From Eledone cirrhosa (lineage: Eukaryota): 64,000 nt of DNA. Below the pieces are notes generated by a model. The model saw nothing but the letters and a program-made list of their open reading frames with translations, made no database searches and was not told the origin of the DNA. Location of the stretch: assembly GCA_964016885.1 (NCBI GenBank), contig OZ024756.1, positions 25,110,001 through 25,174,000 of the forward strand, in the 5' to 3' direction. Of this stretch, positions 52,301-64,000 are shown piece by piece. Both the position numbers and the translations under genes were made by a program. The stretch's first letter is position 1, and each line of letters opens with the position of its first letter.

Positions 52301-55125
52301 CACTTGACAGGGGCCATTGTCAACAACAGATGGTGGTACTCTCTCAAGAGGGCAGTTAGATTAGATTCGATAGTTTTTAGTAAAGAATTAGCGTTAGATA
52401 GAAATAGAACCGAGAAGGAACTGGTAGATAAAGTAGAAGAGGCAATTAGAAGTGGCAATGTAGCCAGCGTGCTAGCAACGAGAACGGCCTTGGACCAGTT
52501 CTTTGACGCAAAGCACGAGGGCTGCGTTGTCAGAAGCAAAATACGTGCTCTGGGAAACGAGGGAGCCAAAGCTGTTAGCTGGGCCCGAGTGACGGAGGCA
52601 AAAAGTGGCAACAAGTCCACGATTCGGTCTTTGAAGGACCAAAACGGACGCGTGATACGTGAGCCGAAGCAGATGTGTGCGGCTTTTCAGCGGCACTTTG
52701 CTCAACTGTTCGGGAGAGGCGGCGCGCCGGGAGAGGCTATGGATTTCGGTCCATACCTCGACGGCCTACCGCGACTCTCGGACAGCGAGGCAAAGTTCTG
52801 CGAAAAGCCGATTTCAGCCGCTGAGATAGGGGACGCGCTGAGCCAATGCGGCAAACGCAAATCTCCAGGTCTCGACGGTCTACCCTACGAATTTTACGTA
52901 GCAATGCCGGACTTATTCTCCGGTCTCCTGGAAGCGGTCTACTGCAACTAGCAACAGAACGGGAGAATTCCCAGTTCTGTAACCGGGGGCGTGGTCACAC
53001 TAATCAGGAAGGACGGGGGATGACATAGGCAACTTCCGGCCCATAACTCTGCTAAACTCAGAGTTACAGATTTTGGCCAAGGTGTTGGCAAAGAGGCTGG
53101 CGCTTGTCGTCGAGAACCTGGTGGGAGAAGCGCAGACATGCGCAATCCCGACCAGGTCCATACACGACAACCTCCACCTCATGCGATACATCATAGAGAG
53201 GGTAGGGTGTAAACCCGGCTTCGGTGGGGCCCTGATCAACTTGGATCAGTCTAAGGCTTTCAATAGGGTTGACCATCGTTACCTGGATGCGGTGCTCGAG
53301 GCGGCAGGCTTCGGACCCGTGTTCAAGGGTTGGATTGCTGCAATGCACAACAGCAACATCTGCTCAAGGGTCAAGGTGAACGGCTACCTCTCGGAGCCGT
53401 TCCATATTACGCGATCCTTTCGACAGGGATGCCCTCTCTCCTCCCTTCTGTACGTACTGACTCTCGAGCCACTACTGCGGAAGCTGGAGCTATTGCAGGG
53501 CATCCCTCTGGAACCGGGACTGCGGAAAGCGACGTCGGCCTACGCCAACGACGTGACAGTAATGGTGTCGAGCGCCTCGCAAATCGAAGAAGTCGGCATC
53601 TTACTGAAGGAATACGAAAGTTTCACAGGAGCGAAGCTGAACCGGGACAAGTCCATCGGTTTGCAACTCGGATCGTGGAGAGGCAAACTGATGCCTTCTG
53701 ATGACGTCGTCGGACGCTGGACGGAAGGACCGGTAAAGCTGCTCGGGGTCTGGTTTGGTCCGGACCTCCAGGTGGAGAAGAACTGGAACGAAGTGACGGC
53801 CAAGGTGTTTGCATTCACCCAGAAGTGGGCCGAGTGCAAACTATCCTTGAAAGGTCGAGCGGAGGTGGCGAACACTTTTATAGCGTCCGCCATCTACTAC
53901 CGCTCGACCGTCGTGCCTTGTCCAGCCAAAACGTTCGCCAAAATGGAGCGCGCGCTCTTCCGATTCCTTTGGAAGAGGCGGGCTCCTTTGGTGAGAAGAT
54001 CCATCTGCTGCCAACACCCTTCTAACGGAGGGCTGGGGATGCCGTTGTTGACGATGCGCAAACACGCGCTCAGGCTGCGGCATCTCTACGTATTCCTCAC
54101 CGGACAACCGGTGTGGGCCCCGTTCGTGAGGCGAACCTTCCCACGACTCGTCTCGCTGACCGAGCTGCAGTCCTGGGTCAAGCAAAGACCGAGGAAAATG
54201 GGCGACTGGCACATCGAATGTGCTCAGGCGCTCACAGCCCTCTGGCAGGCGGACCCGGCGATCAGTGGAGACTCCACTTCGTCATTCTATAGAGGGTTGA
54301 TCCGCAGCAAGTGCGACGACGCGCTCGGTGAAACTCTAGGCGTAGAGGAAGATGAACTGTCCAGTCTGTTCGGGACCGATGGACAACTTCCCAAAGTCCC
54401 TGGACTGGCAGTGCTACCGAGGAGCTCTACCAGTTCGAGACAAGCTCTACAGACATGGGCGCCCAGGCAGGGACCCTGCAAAAAAGATCTGTCCGAGGTG
54501 CGTGCGTAACAAAGAAACCGTCGCGCACGCATTCATACACTGCCCGGGCGTCACTGACCTGTGGGGCTATGTAGAACGACTATTGTCGCGGGTGGGACCA
54601 ATCCGGTTGACCACCGAGTCCATTGTCATGATCAAACTGCCACTCTCCTTCAAAAACGAAGGAGAGGCGGTTTTCCTTTGTGTGATAACTATGGCGAAAG
54701 AGGTTGTATGGTGGACAAGGTTGAAAGGGCTGAGGTCAGACACCTTTCTTTCCGGCCAACAACTGATTCTTTTTTCAAATACCACTTTGGAAGAAGAATC
54801 GGGATGGAGAGAGAGGTGTTGTACCCCAGCAAGTTTTATGAAAGGTGGGTGAAAGTGGCGAGAATGGCCCGAGTGAATGGGCCTTCTCTCTATATCAGCC
54901 TGTAGGTTGAGGAAAAGGAGGGTTTCACATTTTTTCGGGGGTATGTGTTACCCATATAAACTGTCTCCCCCTATTGGGGAAATTCGACTAATTTTTTAAA
55001 TTGCATTTGTGATAACATTTTTTAAATTGCATTTGTGATAACATTTTACACGTTTTTATTGTATGTAAACTTCCCCCTTTGTATTTGTCCCCTTCTTTTG
55101 TGCCCCTGTGGCTATTAAAGAAACA
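49327..55125 (+). mobile_element. Full-length Tx1/L1-clade LINE, copy 3 (diverged subfamily, inactivated)
   Basis: ORF1 with Asn-rich N-terminus and CYHCFSRGHLRASC; ORF2 from ATG 51512; stop at 52949; YADD>YAND; (TATC)n on both sides. Confidence 0.9.
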
Positions 55126-55234
<109 letters not shown>

Positions 55235-55257
55235 ATGTGTATGTATGTATGTATGTT

Positions 55258-55868
55258 GTGTCAGGTCACCAGCTGGTGCTACTGGTAACATGTATCCCAG
55301 TACAACCTGTCTCATGGTCGGGTCGTTGGCAACTAAACTGGCAGCCCCACCAAGGTTTCTTGGTGAGGAGGGTGACTTTGGATATCCTGCAGGACTAAAA
55401 ACAAAACCTGTCAAAGGGCAAAGGAGCTCTTAAGAGTCAATGGCCATCCAAAATCACCGGGAGAGATGACCCCTTAGCCTTTGTCAAGGCAGAATTCTAG
55501 GAGAAGGAAAACTCTGATATAACACCTGCAACCCTGATGGTATCCAATGATGTTGACTTGTTCTTCTTTTTGGTAAATATCATCTTGGTTAAGAGAGTGG
55601 GACTGGCTTTGTGCAGTGCCTTTGCTCACTATAAAAGCTTCATGGCACAGGCATTGCTTTATATCTGGAGATCTCTCTGCACTTGTCGTCACATGATACC
55701 ATGGGTCCAGCACTATGTGTCAATAATTGTCACAAGTGTAGTGTTTATACCAGAGTTTTCAAGTCGCTGGCTGGACTAAAAAGTCACACTCGTTCAGCGC
55801 ATCGATAGGGGTTCTCCTACATGGATATAAAGTAGTGGCCGTACTCGAAAACGAGTTGGCAGCCACCA
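55258..55868 (+). mobile_element. Short bipartite non-autonomous RTE derivative (5'UTR joined to 3' end)
   Basis: cccagtacaacctgtctcatggtc is shared with the RTE 5'UTR at 32063-32086; 3' end KSLAGLKSHTRSAHR* plus actcg-aaaa-cgagt hairpin and ggcagccacc. Confidence 0.7.
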
Positions 55869-55889
55869 TATATATATATATATATATGA

Positions 55890-56096
55890 TAGTAGAACAC
55901 TGGAGGGTTATATCCGCAGTAGTAGAGCATCAGTCCATGGAACGAGTTTGGTAGAAGTAGTTCCACAACAGTTAGTTCACCATACCGAGAATAAATGTTT
56001 CACCTTGTGGATCTTCAGCAGCTCGGACCGAGCTGAAGATCTGCAAGGTGAAACATTTGTTCTCGGTATGGTGAACTAACTGTTGTGATACTACTT
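55890..56096. mobile_element. Palindromic double-hammerhead mini-element plus tail
   Basis: 55955-56026 mirrors 56028-56096; an HHR reads outward on each strand; same terminus as the PLE end at 6562-6645. Confidence 0.8.
56027..56067 (+). ncRNA. Minimal type I hammerhead, intact core
   Basis: accgag-CTGAAGA-t-ct-gcaa-gg-t-GAAA-catttg-TT-ctcggt. Confidence 0.75.
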
Positions 56097-56108
56097 ATAT
56101 ATATATAT

Positions 56109-56886
56109 CGGAGTATCGCTTTTAACTTTCTCCGATTATGTATTTATATATTTACTCTTGGAGCAACAGATATGAACTTTCTCGATATAAGCTATGACTC
56201 TCTTTGTTTTTTTTTTTATATGAATACTGATTGTTTGTTCTTGTATCTCATTCTGTTATTTTGCCCGAGAAAATATCTGTGTCATAAAGCGTTGCGCACA
56301 TATGGTTATTTTTTCATATCCAATTGAGTTCTTAGCACGTGGCTTGAATTCTTGTCAGAGTTCAACGACCTGCGCATGTATTGTTTTTGGCGGTAGCCTC
56401 CTTCCCCCCATTTTCGGGACAGTGAGAGATGTTCTTTAGAACTGCTACACTAACAACCTAGCAGTCCTCTCAAGCACTGATGGTGATTATCGCTAAATAT
56501 TGATGTTGATTTGGTTATCAATATTAATATTATTGGGTACCCACTGAAGATTTATAAGAGCCTACTTGAATACGTATCTGTTGATCTTATACAAGCTTCT
56601 ACATAACTTGGTATAATTTCACCCAACTTGTAGAAATCTTATAATGAAACGAGTCGTCTGGGAAATGATATATTTGATATATTTGATATATCAAAATGAT
56701 ATATTTAATATATCGAAATGATATATTTGATATATCTCATATGAAATAATACAGCCAATTATCCACACAATGCAAAATAGTTAGCACCCCAAACGTTTAA
56801 TTGGGAATATACTTAGGTATTTCCTAATGTTTGTTGAGTGAGTTGGAATTTGGCCGGAGTATCGCTTTTAGCTTTCTCCGATTATG

Positions 56887-56896
<10 letters not shown>
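56109..56896 (+). mobile_element. Non-coding HHR-carrying element with ~40-bp terminal direct repeats, unit ~746 bp, in (TA)n
   Basis: cggagtatcgctttta(a/g)ctttctccgattatgtatttata at 56109 and 56855; second copy at 19550-20250. Confidence 0.75.
56540..56662 (+). ncRNA. Type I hammerhead with long stem II, intact core
   Basis: ccca-CTGAAGA-t-ttataaga...tcttataa-t-GAAA-cgagtcg-TC-tggg. Confidence 0.82.
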
Positions 56897-60779
<3,883 letters not shown>

Positions 60780-60889
60780 GTGTTATGGTTGATGTTGTAG
60801 TTGTTGGTATTGTCGTTGACCTCGTTGGCGGCGGTATGGCTGTCGATTGTGGTGTCGTAATTCATCTTGTTATTGGAGCTACTTATAGG

Positions 60890-61595
60890 CCGAAAGACTG
60901 AACACACTCTCCCCCGCTGTCCCCACCAGACCCAACCACTAATTGATCAAACCCTTCATATTACACCCACGCGAAAGGGCACGAAAGTATTTTAAACAGG
61001 GCATGCCTGTAAGTATATATATCGGTACTAGGTTGGATGCCCTTGAGATGTAAATTATTTTTAATTGAGGCCACATGTCTGACGAAAAGATTGAAGCTAG
61101 AGTCAGATCTATTGCATCGATATAAATCTCCAACCAATCATCTGTGAAACGTACGTAACGGTCGATATTCAATAAAAGCAAGAAGTGAAACTTCTTACTC
61201 AAAAAATTGTATGTAGACACAACACATTTTCACCTTCTTACTTTCTTCATCATTTTTCTTCTTTCTTTCTTCCTCTTCATATGTCCTTCTAGCTATAACT
61301 ATCCACCATATTTTCTTTTTTCTATAACTATCCACCATATTTTCTATTTTTTCATGGTTTCATAAAATTCTCTGTACACATCTCCCGGAAGATCGAGCTA
61401 ACTCAACCGCTTATGATCATAAAAAAACACCACATAACCATGTCTCTGAAAAAAATACATATTCAACGCAGAAAGGATTACATTAGAAACATAATTCAAA
61501 AGACTAATGACTTTATTCGTTGTGTAAGATGGAAGGCATACCACTTTGATAAAGAAAATACCACTCATGAATATAATAGAAACTCTCTGAAGACG
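60890..61595 (+). mobile_element. PLE terminal repeat with hammerhead, followed by the ORF N-terminus (fragment)
   Basis: HHR at 61076-61160; MSLKKIHIQRRKDYIRNIIQKTNDFIRCVRWKAYH aligns to the start of the 57238 ORF. Confidence 0.75.
61076..61160 (+). ncRNA. Type I hammerhead, intact core, imperfect stems I and II
   Basis: tgt-CTGACGA-aaagattg...caatcatctgt-GAAA-cgtacg-TA-acg. Confidence 0.65.
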
Positions 61596-61624
61596 CACTG
61601 GGGTCGATTTAATCGACTTTCCCC

Positions 61625-61665
<41 letters not shown>

Positions 61666-61894
61666 AGGCGTCCATTGAAAATGCCATTACTACCATCATT
61701 AATGACGATTGTTTGTTGTTATTGTTGTCGCTGACGCCGATACACTTTTTACTAAACCATACTCTTTGAGTTTGTGTTCATCATTATCCCTTCTGTCCAT
61801 TTTACATTTATCCATTAATTTTTTTTTCTTTTAATTTTTTCCTTTATCTTTATTTTCATTTTTATTACCATTACCACTAACATCATCATCATCA

Positions 61895-63318
61895 TCATTA
61901 TTATTTCATTTATCTTGCTTTATGTTCATACGAGTTATTTATCAAGTCACAACCATTGACCTCAAGAGACAACAAGGTCCGCCATGTTCAAGAGAGAACA
62001 CATACACACATACATGTATCTTTAGGTGTTTAGACTTGTGATGTACTTATATTGACAGAATCTTCTTTAGTATATGGGCAGTTCCCATTAGTACTAACTT
62101 TTGTATTTCTTCTATACGCGGCTTTCCTGGGATTTGGGATAAGTAATCATTAGACCCCTTAGGTGTTATTCCTAGCGTCTACAACCACTGGTATTGTTTT
62201 AGTTCTCAACTTCCACATTTTTCTAATCTCTATCTCCAGGTCTTTATACTTGCTCAATTTTTCAAATGTTTTTATAGATACATTCTTGTTTATTAGAACG
62301 GACATAACAGTTAGCAGGCATACCCTTTTTTAAAGTCCTTCGGTATTATATCAGGTCTATTTGCATCTAATTTTCCGTCTGTTTGGATGATAATGTTCCA
62401 CAAAATTGAGCTGTGACCTTATTCAAGTACGGGTGGTGGTTGATGCTCCCACCAATTCTTTTGATAGGGCAGGTCAAAACGCTTACACATTACCCAATGT
62501 ATGTATTATGTAGCTCTGTCGTGCCTGTTTAGGTATTCGGCTGGAGCTATAGGGCTGCACATTGAAATTATAAGATCAATAGTCTCTGGTTGTTTTTTTC
62601 ATACACGGCATAATGAGTTGCATCCATTTTTTATGATGTTGGTTGGTAATTTTTTGTTGGCAGACACTGATCTTGTCCTTCAGTCTCCGATTTCAGTCCA
62701 GAGGATGGGTTAAAGTTTTGTCAACATCAGCATTGTTAACTCTTTCTGGGTATTTTCCATACAGAGGCTTTTCTTGCCATTTCTTAGCCAGTTTCTGTAG
62801 CAGTTCTTTCTTTGCAGTTACTTTTACCTGCTAATTCCACAATTAATATTAACTTCCCCAGCTTCCAGTGATTTTTTTTTTCACTGTTCAAAATGAGTGT
62901 TGTTTTCTATGTTTACATACTGAATGATCGGAACCTCCTGACAACGGAAGATATTTTGAAAATCTCTAAACACTTTTCAATCCAACTGTGTGGCAAACTA
63001 TGAAATGCTTTTTTGTAATCTATCCAAGCAATTGACAGATTTTTGTGTCTATTATGACAATCTTCCAGTATCATTTTGTTAATCAAAAGCTGGTCCTTAC
63101 AGCAATATGAGCCTCGTTTACATCCTTTATGTTCATTGGAAAATAGATCATTTGTTATCAGGTGATCATATGTATATTCAGTTAGGATTGATGTTAAGAT
63201 CTTATACATTGTGGTTAAGCAAGTTATCGGTCTGTAATTTTTGGGATTGTTTGTCTTATCATTCTTCGGAAGTAAGAATGTAATGCCGTTAACTAACCAT
63301 GATGGCTAGTTAACGGCA
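61895..63318 (-). mobile_element. Second R4/Dong-clade LINE copy, decayed, with a large internal deletion near 62833
   Basis: Colinear with 22365-22830 and 23685-24630; MYKILTSIL..DQLLINKMILEDCHNRHKNLSIAWIDYKKAF. Confidence 0.88.
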
Positions 63319-63434
63319 GTAATGCACTGGGTAATTGCTGGCCTTGTGCCTAAAGTAGAAACAATTATTATGAATGATTCCTTAATGTTAGCCCTGTGTG
63401 GCTAATAAAGAAATTATTATTCTAATATACTTGT

Positions 63435-63604
63435 AGTATCGGTAGAGGGTCGGACGCCATGCTTTCCAGTATAGTTACGTCCCTTTACGATCTGAGTTCA
63501 AATCCCGCCGAGGTTAACTTTGCCTTTCATCCTTACGGGGTCGATAAAATAAAGTACCAGTAATGGACTGGATATTTGCTGGCCTTGTGCCAAAAGTAGA
63601 AACA
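63435..63604 (+). mobile_element. tRNA-derived SINE copy with 19-bp TSD
   Basis: TSD attattctaatatacttgt at 63416-63434 and 63605-63623. Confidence 0.9.
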
Positions 63605-64000
63605 ATTATTCTAATATACTTGTGGCCATTGTTGAAGTTGCCTTTGTTGTTGTTGGCTATGCTGGTGGTGCTGGGGCTTTTTCGGAGGGAGGAGGTGGAG
63701 TTCTACTGTTGATGGGGCACTTGCGTGCCATTGTAACTGTTAATGTTGAGGTGTTCAAAATTTCATTTTGACCGGGTCACTAAGTCAGTCTATTTATATC
63801 TTTTTGAAAATTCTTCCTTTATTGCTACCTTCCCTCTCCTTTTCAACGAATTTTGTGTCGTCTTTTCTTAAGTTAACAGAAGGTGGTGGGGGAATAGTGG
63901 TGGTAGCAATGATGGAGTGGTGGTGGCAATGGAGTAGTGTTGGCGGTGGTGATGGGGTAGTGGTACTGTAGTGATGGCGTTGTTGTTGCCATTACAATTG

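Noticed and set aside
55262-55350. Possible HDV-like ribozyme in the RTE 5'UTR (ccagt/actgg, acc/ggt, CTAA)
   Set aside because: P1 could not be formed, and the sister 5'UTR at ~32030-32103 does not conserve the downstream half.

Overview
Eukaryotic, AT-rich, microsatellite-saturated DNA. The SINE and LINE content suggests an octopus/coleoid cephalopod genome (inference). There is one host gene, a galactose-3-O-sulfotransferase (GAL3ST family, 32812-33990), with a candidate 11-nt upstream microexon and an inverted 134-bp copy of its own 3' coding sequence just upstream. Almost everything else is mobile DNA. (i) An apparently intact Penelope-like element (PLE; RT + C-terminal GIY-YIG, identical 137-bp terminal repeats, 56937-60665) plus several decayed PLEs. 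(ii) About a dozen hammerhead ribozyme (HHR) motifs folded by eye, about six with intact cores. They sit in PLE ends, in three families of short NON-CODING 1.x-mer elements (retrozyme-like) and in 'hairpin + tail' fold-back elements, nearly all inserted into (TA)n. (iii) A 17-kb head-to-tail array of three full-length Tx1/L1-type LINEs, each bounded by (TATC)n; ORF2 lacks an AUG at its start in two copies. (iv) R4/Dong-type LINEs in (TAA)n, RTE LINEs with C-terminal C2H2 fingers, a CRE-like fragment, Helitrons and tRNA-derived SINEs, including a Helitron>RTE>R4 nest. The best candidate for an undescribed system is the (TA)n-targeted hammerhead/PLE ecosystem: autonomous element, non-coding riders and fold-backs, with a recurrent U.U pair at the base of HHR stem II. 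All assignments are by eye; no searches were run.
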